Source of the DNA: Deltaproteobacteria bacterium
GTDB taxonomy: Bacteria > Desulfobacterota > Syntrophia > Syntrophales > UBA6807
Length of the DNA stretch: 44,683 nt
Assembly: GCA_016936905.1 (NCBI GenBank)
Contig: JAFGWZ010000123.1
Location: forward strand, 1 to 44,683
Direction of reading: 5' to 3'
Part shown: one piece after another, positions 9,442 through 19,180 of the stretch
Layout of the letters: every line of letters begins with the position of its first letter
Numbering within the stretch: the first letter of the stretch is position 1
Made by a program: the position numbers and the translations under genes
The notes under the pieces: generated by a model
Databases searched by the model: none
What the model was told of the DNA's origin: nothing
The model's input: the letters and a program-made list of their open reading frames with translations, nothing else

Positions 9442-11214
9442 TTACACATCCACTATTTTGAGACCGGCGAGGGCTTTTCCGAGACTGGATGAGACCTTTT
9501 CCTTGTTATTCACGTAGCTTTTGAGGGATGATTCTTCAGAGGTCGTCTCATAATCCTTGATGCTCAATCCCAGTTTTCGATTCTTCGCGTCGATATTTTT
9601 GACAACCGCAGTAACGGCATCACCAATAGAATATACTTCCTTAGCTGATTTAACCCGCTTCTGGCTCAATTCTGATACATGTACGAGGCCTTCGATACCT
9701 TCCTCAACCTCGACGAAGACCCCGAAATCGGTAACATTGGTAACGTTCCCCGTTATAGCCGAACCGATGGCGTATTTAACGCTCAGTTCCTCCCACGGGT
9801 CGTTTTCAAGCTGCTTGATGCCAAGAGAAAATTTTTCATTCTCAACATCAACGTTCAAGACAACCGCCTCGATCTCATCACCTTTCCTGTAAAGTTCAGA
9901 TGGATGTTTAATCCGTTTTCTCCAAGAGATGTCCGATACGTGAACCAGCCCATCAATCTCCTCGTTTATACCGACGAATATTCCGAAATCGGTAATATTC
10001 CGAATCTTCCCTTTCACAATCATCCCTGAAGGATACTCTGCTTTCAACGCATCCCAGGGGTTCGGCATTGCCTGTTTCAACCCGAGAGATATACGTTTGT
10101 TCTCCGAATCTACTTCCAAGACCATCACAGAAACGGTATCTCCGACTGATACGATCTTGGAAGGGTGTTTCATTTTCTTAGTCCAGAACATCTCCGATAT
10201 GTGGACGAGGCCTTCCACGCCCGGTTCCAGCTCAACAAAGATTCCATAATCCATGATGTTGACAACTTTGCCCTCAACAATGGAACCGATGACATATTTA
10301 TTTGTAATGGTATTCCAGGGATTATCGAACATCTGTTTGAGTCCCAGAGATACCCGTTCATTCTCCCTGTCGAATGATAATACTTTGACCCGTACTTCAT
10401 CTCCTCTCGAAAAAGACTCTGACGGATGTTTGATCCGGCCCCACGACACATCGGTCACATGGAGCAGGCCATCGATCCCCCCGAGGTCTATAAACAGACC
10501 GTAATCGGTTATATTCTTTACAACACCGTCGAGGACCTTGCCTTCTTCCATGCTTTCGAGGGTCTTTTTCTTCTCCTCCGTCCGCTCCACTTCCAATACG
10601 GACTTTCGCGAAAGAACAACGTTGTTCCGCTTTCTGTCATATTTCAAGACATGAAATTCAAGCGTCTGGCCCACATACTTGTCGTAATCTCTTACAGGCC
10701 GGACATCTACCTGGGAGCCCGGCAGGAATGCCGTTATACCGATGTCGACAGAAAAACCGCCCTTGACACGGTCTATTATGATCCCCTGAACGGCAACCCG
10801 GGCATCACAAGCATCTTTAATATCATTCCAGACCTTCGATTTTACAGCCTTGAATCGGGAAAGGATCAGGCTGTCTTCTTTCTTTCTGTCGACAACGACC
10901 TCAATTTCATCGCCTTCCGCCACGGTCATATTGCCGTCCTTGTCGACCAATTCCTCCACTCTGACCTGTCCTTCAGTCTTATAGCCAACATCGACCATCA
11001 CAACATCTGGATTTATCTGCACCACTCTGCCTGTCAAAATCTCGCCGTACGGCACGTCCTGCAGGCTCTGCTCATAAAGATCGCCAAAGCTCATGGCTTC
11101 TTCCATCTGGGAAACCTCATCCTGACTTTCTACGACGACCTGTTGTTGTGATCCACTCTCGATGGTATTGGTTTCATCTTGCTTTTCTACATTTACGTTT
11201 TCTTCGTTAACCAT
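9442..11214 (-). CDS. rpsA: 30S ribosomal protein S1
   Basis: Repeated S1 domains (DVGYKTEG, AFLPGSQVD, DGLLHVTD, EGLVHISE); start at MVNEE behind a G-rich SD. Confidence 0.97.
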   Translation of the reverse strand: MVNEENVNVEKQDETNTIESGSQQQVVVESQDEVSQMEEAMSFGDLYEQSLQDVPYGEILTGRVVQINPDVVMVDVGYKTEGQVRVEELVDKDGNMTVAEGDEIEVVVDRKKEDSLILSRFKAVKSKVWNDIKDACDARVAVQGIIIDRVKGGFSVDIGITAFLPGSQVDVRPVRDYDKYVGQTLEFHVLKYDRKRNNVVLSRKSVLEVERTEEKKKTLESMEEGKVLDGVVKNITDYGLFIDLGGIDGLLHVTDVSWGRIKHPSESFSRGDEVRVKVLSFDRENERVSLGLKQMFDNPWNTITNKYVIGSIVEGKVVNIMDYGIFVELEPGVEGLVHISEMFWTKKMKHPSKIVSVGDTVSVMVLEVDSENKRISLGLKQAMPNPWDALKAEYPSGMIVKGKIRNITDFGIFVGINEEIDGLVHVSDISWRKRIKHPSELYRKGDEIEAVVLNVDVENEKFSLGIKQLENDPWEELSVKYAIGSAITGNVTNVTDFGVFVEVEEGIEGLVHVSELSQKRVKSAKEVYSIGDAVTAVVKNIDAKNRKLGLSIKDYETTSEESSLKSYVNNKEKVSSSLGKALAGLKIVDV

Positions 11215-11327
11215 TAAACGACTACCCCCTGACATTGTAATAACTGTTCTCGAATAGGGCAGGAGTAACACAGAGATAATAAAATATCAAGCTAATTCCA
11301 GAAGAATACTCCCTTCAACTCCAGTCA

Positions 11328-12011
11328 TTATAAACCGTTACCGGAGCGTTCACTGATAATCCGCTTCATCGCGGAGACAACACCGGTAATGTCGAGAGCC
11401 GTGCTGTCGATAATGATGGCATCTTCAGCTGCCATGAGAGGGGCGACAGACCGCCCCGAATCCTGCTGGTCCCGGGCCGACAGGCTTCTCTGTATCTCCG
11501 TGAATTCAACGTTTTCCCCTCTCTCGATGAGTTCTCTGTACCGGCGTCTGGCCCGCTCGTTGACGTCGGCAATGAGATAGAATTTAATATCCGCGTGAGG
11601 GAAAATAACTGTTCCCATATCACGTCCCTCGGCTACGACACCACCTGTCCTGCCGATTTCCTGCTGCAGCGAAAGGAGCCTCTCTCGGACAACGGGAACA
11701 GCCGATATCTGCGAAGCAAAGAAGCCCATTTCCTCTGTCCGTATTTTATCCGTCACATCGTCGCCATCGACTATGATCCTGACATTCGTGCCAACGGGTT
11801 TCACCTTTATGGTAATCTTCCCGCACAATCGTGAGAGGCCTTCCACGTCATTTGACATGATAGCTTCCTGGCGGGCACGGTAGGCAACCCCGCGGTACAG
11901 TGCTCCCGTATCAAGGTAAACATAGGAGATTTCCTCAGCCAGTGTCTTGCCGACCGTACTTTTTCCTGCTCCTGCCGGGCCATCGATAGTTATAACAAGG
12001 TTTCGGTTCAT
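11328..12011 (-). CDS. cmk: Cytidylate kinase
   Basis: ITIDGPAGAGKST, LDTGALYR, EGRDMGTVIFP; upstream of rpsA. Confidence 0.96.
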   Translation of the reverse strand: MNRNLVITIDGPAGAGKSTVGKTLAEEISYVYLDTGALYRGVAYRARQEAIMSNDVEGLSRLCGKITIKVKPVGTNVRIIVDGDDVTDKIRTEEMGFFASQISAVPVVRERLLSLQQEIGRTGGVVAEGRDMGTVIFPHADIKFYLIADVNERARRRYRELIERGENVEFTEIQRSLSARDQQDSGRSVAPLMAAEDAIIIDSTALDITGVVSAMKRIISERSGNGL

Positions 12012-12571
12012 TCTGTTTTTTTCTCATCCTGCTGGCGACGCATTTCAATGATTCGACTGTAGTACGGACCGTTTTCTCTCCATAACCAGCAGCTGTTCAG
12101 GAGCAGCGATAAATCGACCTCGGGGACCCTGACGGTATGCCCCTCCCTGTTTCTACTGTAATAAGCCCATTGCCCCTGGATCGCCGCTGAACCCATGCTG
12201 ATAATAAGGTTTGCCATATGAAGACAGCCGTTTGTCCCGCCGATCAACGTCCTGATCTTTTGCGTGAACCCCCGTTTTATCCGCAGGCCGACAAGCTTCT
12301 CAACCAGATTCTCAACTTCCCGACAGATGTCGTTCGGAACGGCCGCCATATCAGCTTCCGCGCCGGTAATTTCTATTTCCGGCAGGGATATGTTCATCCT
12401 GATGATAATATGATGAATCGCGCCAGGATCGATATGCCGCTTCGCCGAATAAAAATACGACGGGAAGAACCGGTCATCCTTCAATATCCCTTCAATCATG
12501 AGCCTGTTGTCACCGACCTCATAGGTGTTCACCGTAATATTTCTTGTGTGGATCAGCTCTTGTTTCTCCAC
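12008..12571 (-). CDS. DUF2889-like protein
   Basis: IHTR...IEG.LKD...IHH...C...LVGL.I..GF...GG..GC.H pattern; GTG start behind AAGGAG; stop overlaps cmk start. Confidence 0.7.
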   Translation of the reverse strand: MEKQELIHTRNITVNTYEVGDNRLMIEGILKDDRFFPSYFYSAKRHIDPGAIHHIIIRMNISLPEIEITGAEADMAAVPNDICREVENLVEKLVGLRIKRGFTQKIRTLIGGTNGCLHMANLIISMGSAAIQGQWAYYSRNREGHTVRVPEVDLSLLLNSCWLWRENGPYYSRIIEMRRQQDEKKTE

Positions 12572-12877
12572 GGCCGTCTCCTTCCAACGATATGCGGAAT
12601 GTATAGCACAGGGTCTATGCCTTAACAACAGTATTTTACGGGCGAATTACCGCCAGAAACGGCACCCTCCGGCCATCCCGCCATGATATGCTGATACAAC
12701 GTCACGGTGAAGACGATCACAAGAAACGGGACCATTCATCACTGTAAGACCCGTAACGACGGGGCAAGGTGACAGGTGTTGTAACGAGGATATCTGTCGC
12801 TTTATGAAACACGTCTTGATTATGGAAGGCAAAAACGGTAGGATAGCTGAATGAACGCATAAGGAGACTCCCGGAAC

Positions 12878-14317
12878 GTGCTGTTTCACCTCACATTAAG
12901 GGCGAAATGGGTCATTGTCACGATCACCATTGTTGCATTCTCCATGGCAATTGGCGCATCCTGCGCTCACGGGTCGTTCACCATACAGGATGAAGAAAAG
13001 CTGGGGCGGGAGTTCTATGAACAATTGAAATCCAAGGATATTCTGATCCACAATCCCCAGGTCTCCGACTACATCGATAAAATCGGGCGGCAGGTACTGG
13101 AACATGCCGACGATTCACCGTTTTCGTTTACCTTTTCGGTCATTGATAATTCAGGGATCAACGCCTTTGCCACTCCGGGAGGATACATCTATGTTTATGA
13201 TGGACTCATCAAGCTGGCGGAAAACGAATCACAGCTTGCAGGCGTCATAGCGCATGAAATCGCCCATGCCACGTCACGGCATATCGCTGAAGCAATTGAG
13301 AAATCCAAAAAAGTAAACATGGCGGCGCTCCTGGGAATTCTGGCCGGAGCCTTTCTGGGCGGCGGCGGGGAGGGAGCGGCAGCCATAACCAGCTTCTCAA
13401 TGGCTGCGGCGACGACGCTTAACCTGAAATACACCCGGGACAATGAGGAGGAGGCCGACCGCAAAGGCATGCGGTATCTCACCGCATCTGGCTATGACGG
13501 GAAGGCCATGCTTGACTTTCTGAAGATCATGAGAAGGTTTGAATATTTTTCGAATTCCATACCGTCCTATTTTCTCACCCATCCCGGTACGTCCGATCGT
13601 ATCAGATATCTCGACGGTCTGCTCCAGATGACATACACTCAAGGAGGAAAAAGCACTCTCATCGGCGGTCTGAACCGAATAAAGACCATCCTCGTTCTCG
13701 AACAGGATAATCTCAGTGAGAGCCTGAAATTCTTTCACAACGCCCTTTCTGAACATCCCGACAATCCGGATTTTACCTACGGCCTCGCCGTCGTTCAGGG
13801 AAAGCTGGGACAGACCGATGAAGCGCTGAAAAACTTCTTGAAGGCGCTCAGTCAATCGCCGGACGACGGAAGAATCCTTCGAGACCTCGGCATTTTCTAC
13901 TTCAACCAGGGAAAGGCACCCGATGCCTTGGAACCCCTGAAAAAAGCATATTATTTCAACCAAAACGACGCCACAACGATTCTGTACCTCGGCAGAACAT
14001 ATGAGGCCACGGGGAGCAATTTCGAGGCCCTTGAACTGTATGAAAAGTTTCAACGTGATAATCCGGACGACACCGCGATCTATTACAGCCTCGCCATGAT
14101 ATATGGGAAAACCGCTAATCCCGGAGAATCACACTATAACTTCGGAATCTACTTCAAGAAGATGAATAAAGACAAAAGCGCTCTCTTCCACTTCAAGGCG
14201 GCGCAAGACTACTTCCCCCCCTATTCTGATAAAGGACGATTTATTCAAAATGAAATCGACGAGCTCGAAAGTCCGCCCTCCCCTCACCGCAAACCTCCTC
14301 CTTCCCCCCTATCCTGA
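12878..14317 (+). CDS. M48 metalloprotease with C-terminal TPRs (BepA/YfgC-like)
   Basis: Signal peptide, INAFATPGG, HEIAH, E.EAD, YFLTHP, TPR helices. Confidence 0.9.
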   Translation: MLFHLTLRAKWVIVTITIVAFSMAIGASCAHGSFTIQDEEKLGREFYEQLKSKDILIHNPQVSDYIDKIGRQVLEHADDSPFSFTFSVIDNSGINAFATPGGYIYVYDGLIKLAENESQLAGVIAHEIAHATSRHIAEAIEKSKKVNMAALLGILAGAFLGGGGEGAAAITSFSMAAATTLNLKYTRDNEEEADRKGMRYLTASGYDGKAMLDFLKIMRRFEYFSNSIPSYFLTHPGTSDRIRYLDGLLQMTYTQGGKSTLIGGLNRIKTILVLEQDNLSESLKFFHNALSEHPDNPDFTYGLAVVQGKLGQTDEALKNFLKALSQSPDDGRILRDLGIFYFNQGKAPDALEPLKKAYYFNQNDATTILYLGRTYEATGSNFEALELYEKFQRDNPDDTAIYYSLAMIYGKTANPGESHYNFGIYFKKMNKDKSALFHFKAAQDYFPPYSDKGRFIQNEIDELESPPSPHRKPPPSPLS

Positions 14318-14595
14318 AAGGACGAACCGAACACTGCATGGAACGGCAAACACCTCAGGGATCGTGAATTCTGGTAACCATTACGCAGGGAACATTCCGG
14401 AATGAAAACGCTAACAGGTGGACTATCCTGCTATTTTTGCTTTTCATCTCATCGACCGGCACCATACGAGGCAACAAACAGTATATAGTTGACATGACAA
14501 ACCTTTTTCTGGTATCGAAAGGAACGTATCAGCAGTAATCAGAGATGACGGCATATGTGATGGATGGTGCCCTATTCCGTCCCATTGCATCTGAC

Positions 14596-14727
14596 GAAAG
14601 TTTTGCACAATGTCGATTGGTGTCATTTCGACCGAAGGGGAGAAATCTTGAATATCTAGATATCATTAAGATTTCTCGTCGCCATTGCTCCTCGAAATGA
14701 CATAAAACAAAGATATGCAAAGCTATC
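14596..14727. repeat. TGTCATTTCG...CGAAATGACA palindrome (14621-14702) inside an imperfect outer inverted repeat
   Basis: Inner AGAAATCTT/AAGATTTCT stem; outer GAAAGTTTTGCACA / TATGCAAAGCTATC. Confidence 0.7.
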
Positions 14728-14790
14728 CTGACAACGGATTCATAGTATCCACAAAATTGACTCCTGCTCGATTGGGAATGAGACAACGGT

Positions 14791-16119
14791 ATGAGGAATA
14801 AAAAAGCTACGGGATTCACCATTGCTGCCGCGTGGATTGCAGTCTGCCTTCTTACGGGATCATTTTCCTCTGCGTCCGCAGTGACCCCATGGACGGAACA
14901 GCAGAAGCAGTCGTTAATCCCCGAGGCGTTGATTAACCTGTCATCGAACTATGCTGTTGTTGTCGACAAACAGATGCAGCGGCTTTACGCATTTCGGCAG
15001 AACCACGAGGGCATGGAAAAGGTTTTTGAAGCGCCGTGCTCTACCGGAAAAAACAGCGGTCCGAAGATGATCTCCGGAGACGGCAAGACGCCGGAAGGAA
15101 TTCTATTCGCGACGAGAATATACAGAGACAAAGACCTTTCATCAACCTATGGATGCCTTGCGTTTCATCTTAACTATCCGAACATCATGGACCGTCTTGA
15201 AGGAAAAGACGGAAACAATATATGGATCCATGGAACGGATAAAAAACTCCGCGCATTTCAGACAAACGGGTGCGTCGCACTGACGAATCAAAATATCCAG
15301 GATCTCTCGACGTTTATAAAGCTGGACAAAACTCCGATAATTATAAAAAATTCTATTACATGGGTTCAGGAAGCAACGCTCCATCCCATAAAAAGCGAAC
15401 TCGAATCGATGATGAACTTATGGTGGGAGGCATTGAGGAGCGGTGATCTTCAGCAGATGAACATCTTCTATGATTCTGAAAAATCAATGGACCGCCTCAG
15501 TCTCGAAGCGCTTTCGGACAAAATAGCCTCATGGAAACGCATGGACATACCTGTCTCGTGCTTTGCTGAAAACATTTCCATCCTGCGCGACGATCGGTAT
15601 ACCGTCATTACATTCGACCAGGTGATCGCGTATAAGGACCAATCCTGGAAGTGCGGCAGCCGCAAACTTTTTCTGAAGAAAAACAGTGACCGATGGAGCA
15701 TAAAAGGTGAGAGGGTCCCTCCCGAGAGCACGGGCGCACAGTTCGCCGCCCGGATCAACGAAATCGGCGATGCAATCGCATCCAGAATAGATATTGAAAA
15801 TATGATCGTACAGTGGGTAAAAAGCTGGCAATCGGGTGACATGAAAAAGTACAGATCACATTACGCGCCTGATTTCAAGGGATACGGGATGAACCTGACC
15901 CAATGGTTGCACTATAAGGCCGGCCTGACCGCCGTAAACAAGAATATCCGTATTACCATCGAAAACCTGAAGGTAATCCCGGGGACAGCAACGGCAGTCG
16001 CTATTTTCAGCCAGCGATATGAGTCGACGGGTCACAGCGATCTTGGAACAAAAAAGCTGAGGCTCAAGATGATCAATAATCGATGGAAGATCGTCAGAGA
16101 ATCTTGGAAAGCATTATAA
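14791..16119 (+). CDS. L,D-transpeptidase/carboxypeptidase (YkuD domain) with two NTF2-like C-terminal domains; Csd6/Pgp2-like
   Basis: Signal peptide, STGK..GPK...GD.KTPEG, LNYPN, IWIHG...TNGC catalytic His/Cys; repeated W..SW.SGD...Y and K.L...W.I..E modules. Confidence 0.85.
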   Translation: MRNKKATGFTIAAAWIAVCLLTGSFSSASAVTPWTEQQKQSLIPEALINLSSNYAVVVDKQMQRLYAFRQNHEGMEKVFEAPCSTGKNSGPKMISGDGKTPEGILFATRIYRDKDLSSTYGCLAFHLNYPNIMDRLEGKDGNNIWIHGTDKKLRAFQTNGCVALTNQNIQDLSTFIKLDKTPIIIKNSITWVQEATLHPIKSELESMMNLWWEALRSGDLQQMNIFYDSEKSMDRLSLEALSDKIASWKRMDIPVSCFAENISILRDDRYTVITFDQVIAYKDQSWKCGSRKLFLKKNSDRWSIKGERVPPESTGAQFAARINEIGDAIASRIDIENMIVQWVKSWQSGDMKKYRSHYAPDFKGYGMNLTQWLHYKAGLTAVNKNIRITIENLKVIPGTATAVAIFSQRYESTGHSDLGTKKLRLKMINNRWKIVRESWKAL

Positions 16120-16125
16120 AATAGC

Positions 16126-16866
16126 ATGGCAGCCAACGATACGCACATGAATGCCGATAAGAAATCACACAAATGGACCATTCTCGTAATCGGAGACCAC
16201 AAGCAACTGGGAACCTATGAGATCAGGAAGAGCACATTTACCGCAGCCGTTGCGGCCGTTATCGGGATAATACTCATCGCCATAGTGTTTATCTGGTTTC
16301 TGAGTACCTCGGATCTGCGCATACAGAATGACCTGCGGGAACGGCTTGCCGCCAGCGAACAATCAATTGATTCGGTAAAGCAGGAAAATGCAGATTTATC
16401 GAAGAGGATCAGGGAAATGGAAGATGCCCTTGCTGCAACCTTTAAAGAAGGGACGGGTGATAAAGGTGAGTCTCCCGTCACCTCACCGGATCACTTTAAC
16501 AAAATGGCGGTGGAAAACTTCGAGATCAATTTAGATAAGCCCTCGGACTCGCTTCATTTCAAGTTCCTGCTCCGCAACACCGCCTCATATAACAATCCTA
16601 TCTCCGGTAATATTTTTGTCATCCTCAAGCCGGAGTACCTGGACGCTTCAACGTGGAGCTGTTATCCGAAAGCGGAATTGACCGGTGGAAAACCGCAGAA
16701 CAGTGCCAGTGGAGAATTGTTCACCATCGCCCGCTTCAAAACAATCCGGGGATCATTCACCACAGTGCCGCAACGGATGGAGCAATTCTTCATTTCCGTG
16801 TGGGTTTTCTCCGATGATGGCAAACTCATTATGACAAAAGATTTCTTCATACGAAAGGAACTGTAA
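16126..16866 (+). CDS. Hypothetical bitopic membrane protein with coiled coil
   Basis: TM helix (VAAVIGIILIAIVFIWFL), heptad-rich segment, beta-rich C-terminus; 6-nt gaps to both neighbours. Confidence 0.75.
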   Translation: MAANDTHMNADKKSHKWTILVIGDHKQLGTYEIRKSTFTAAVAAVIGIILIAIVFIWFLSTSDLRIQNDLRERLAASEQSIDSVKQENADLSKRIREMEDALAATFKEGTGDKGESPVTSPDHFNKMAVENFEINLDKPSDSLHFKFLLRNTASYNNPISGNIFVILKPEYLDASTWSCYPKAELTGGKPQNSASGELFTIARFKTIRGSFTTVPQRMEQFFISVWVFSDDGKLIMTKDFFIRKEL

Positions 16867-16872
16867 AAAAAT

Positions 16873-18705
16873 ATGAATCACAGCCGCCATGGCAGGGAAG
16901 GAACAACCATCAGCTTCTGCTCATATATCGTTATCATTCTGACACTGTTGCTCTCTATGACGGCGGCAGTGACGCCTGCATTCGGGAAATCCACCCATGA
17001 AACGTTTTTCGCCGGCACCGACTATGAACTGAATGTATACAGAATTCAGGGAAAGACGGCAGGTAAAACTATCCTTATCATCGGAGGGATTCAGGGAGAC
17101 GAACCGGGAGGGTTTCTGTCCGCAGATTTATACGCAGACATGCGGCTGGAAAAAGGAAACCTCATCGTTGTGCCCCGGGCCAACTTCTATTCCATTCTCC
17201 TCAACCAACGCCAGGTCAATGAAGACATGAACCGCAAGTTCTCGAAGACATCGCAACGAAACTTCGAGACGCATGTTGTCACCATTCTCAAGGGGCTCAT
17301 TGAGGAAAGCGACTGCCTTCTGAACCTTCATGACGGATCGGGATTCTATTCGGAAACATGGCAGAACGACATGAGAAACCCCATGAGGTTCGGACAGTCC
17401 ATCATCGCTGACTGCGAAGAGTACAATGATCCGAAGACTGGCTCGGTGATTAACCTTGGGGACATGGCACGAAAAGTAATCGAAGAAATCAACAAGAATA
17501 TCCAGAGCCCTCAATTTTTTTTCAAATTCAACAACCATAAAACCAATGATGCAACAACCCTTCATCCGGAACAGCGGAAGTCGGCTACCTATTACGCCCT
17601 TTTCACCTGCGGAATTCCCGCCTTCGGAATCGAATCAAGCAAGACGCTCCCCCTCGATAAAAGAATTCTCCATCACAAACTGGCCGTCAACTCGTTCATG
17701 AAGATGTTTGATATCCAGCCTGAGATTCCCGGGATCACCATGGAAAAACCGACCATGAAATATGTCGTCGCCCAGGTCAATGATCAAACCCCGATTGTCA
17801 TCGCCGATGGAGAGACATTGGATATTGTCAAGGGTGACACCATCAAAATAACGAACATCGAGGGGAATTACCAGAGAGGCTACACAGTAGACATAGAAGG
17901 ATACGGATCCATCAACGATCTCCATAAACCATTCTCCATCATGGAAGAGACTCGTGTTGTCGTCCGAAAGGATCACAGCATCTGCGGGAACATCGCCATC
18001 TCCCTCCAAGGCAGAGGAAAGTCACCCCATGCCATAACGAAAACTCCCCGCGTCGTTTACTTCAAATGCAGAATTAATCGAAAAGACGTCTATTTCCCCA
18101 ATGGCACCCATGTTGACATCCTGAAGGGGGACCAGATCGAACTTGTTGACGTCAGCACGTTCCCCGAGTCATGCCCGGGACTGTCCGTCAATCTCAAGGG
18201 ATTTGTTCCCGATGGACCCGTTAATGAAGGCGAGGACCGTGGCCACATCGTCAATACCGACAGAGACCTCTGGACGCGCTACTCACTCTATAACAAAGGA
18301 CGGATCTACCAGGCCGTCGTCATGAAAGACGAAAAGCAGGTCATCGGGCGGCTGTTCTTCGACATTGCCGATCCCTCTTTCCAGTACATCGTTTTTCAGA
18401 TAAACAGCGGCGTCAAGCGATGCTTCTTCCCGAACGATACGATCACTATCAGTCAGGATGATTCGATAAAACTGATAGACATAAAGACCAATGTGCCGCA
18501 GAATTTTAACGTCACCACCTGGCTGAATGGAAGTGACTTCAAGCTTCCCCTTCAGGTGGGAAGTTCCATTGATGGGAAAACGGTCCACGATAACGGCAGT
18601 CCATGCGAAATATTCGTTACGAGGGGAGAGATGAAAATCGGGCGGATCGCGCTCGATATATCGGGCAGGCAATTGGCCCGGTCAAGCCGATGCAACGGTC
18701 AGTGA
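16873..18705 (+). CDS. M14/M99-family peptidoglycan carboxypeptidase, Csd4/Pgp1-like
   Basis: GGIQGDEPGG (QxxE), DMNRKF, LNLHDGSGFY, NPMRFGQSII.D, AFGIESSK; N-terminal hydrophobic segment; C-terminal beta-rich domains. Confidence 0.85.
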   Translation: MNHSRHGREGTTISFCSYIVIILTLLLSMTAAVTPAFGKSTHETFFAGTDYELNVYRIQGKTAGKTILIIGGIQGDEPGGFLSADLYADMRLEKGNLIVVPRANFYSILLNQRQVNEDMNRKFSKTSQRNFETHVVTILKGLIEESDCLLNLHDGSGFYSETWQNDMRNPMRFGQSIIADCEEYNDPKTGSVINLGDMARKVIEEINKNIQSPQFFFKFNNHKTNDATTLHPEQRKSATYYALFTCGIPAFGIESSKTLPLDKRILHHKLAVNSFMKMFDIQPEIPGITMEKPTMKYVVAQVNDQTPIVIADGETLDIVKGDTIKITNIEGNYQRGYTVDIEGYGSINDLHKPFSIMEETRVVVRKDHSICGNIAISLQGRGKSPHAITKTPRVVYFKCRINRKDVYFPNGTHVDILKGDQIELVDVSTFPESCPGLSVNLKGFVPDGPVNEGEDRGHIVNTDRDLWTRYSLYNKGRIYQAVVMKDEKQVIGRLFFDIADPSFQYIVFQINSGVKRCFFPNDTITISQDDSIKLIDIKTNVPQNFNVTTWLNGSDFKLPLQVGSSIDGKTVHDNGSPCEIFVTRGEMKIGRIALDISGRQLARSSRCNGQ

Positions 18706-18737
18706 CGTGCACAACGCGACAGCGGGGATTGTATCTG

Positions 18738-19163
18738 TTGAAAAAAAGCGGAAAGAACATTTCAATCATCAACAAAGACTGCCACATGGAAGGCATATTT
18801 GATGTCAAAGGGCATCTTATCGTGGCGGGCACCCTCACGGGAAGGCTGAACGCCGAGACAGTCATAACAGAAGCAGGAAGCGTAATAAGGGCCGATATTA
18901 CGGCAACATTTATGACCATTGCGGGGGAATTCCACGGCGAGATCACCACAAGAGAAACCCTTACGCTCCTGAAGACATCGGACGTCAGAGCATGCATACG
19001 GTGCGGCAAGCTCGTTATCCAGGAAGGGTGCACCATTAATGGAAAAATCTGCCCCCTCCCCCCCCGCTTACAATCGGATCACGATCATCAGACCGGCCTC
19101 TTACCGAACGTCCCCGAACAAGAACAACCAGATGAAAGCACCGACAGTGTTTCACCCAGTTGA
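18738..19163 (+). CDS. Bactofilin (polymer-forming cytoskeletal protein, CcmA-like)
   Basis: SII...MEG.....G.L.V.G...G...I.G...G.I...L.IQEG..ING beta-helix pattern; TTG start inferred. Confidence 0.85.
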   Translation: MKKSGKNISIINKDCHMEGIFDVKGHLIVAGTLTGRLNAETVITEAGSVIRADITATFMTIAGEFHGEITTRETLTLLKTSDVRACIRCGKLVIQEGCTINGKICPLPPRLQSDHDHQTGLLPNVPEQEQPDESTDSVSPS

Positions 19164-19180
19164 GGGAGGCCACGCCCGGC

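Noticed and set aside
14745-14753. DnaA-box-like GTATCCACA
   Set aside because: Single mismatched copy with no cluster or origin context
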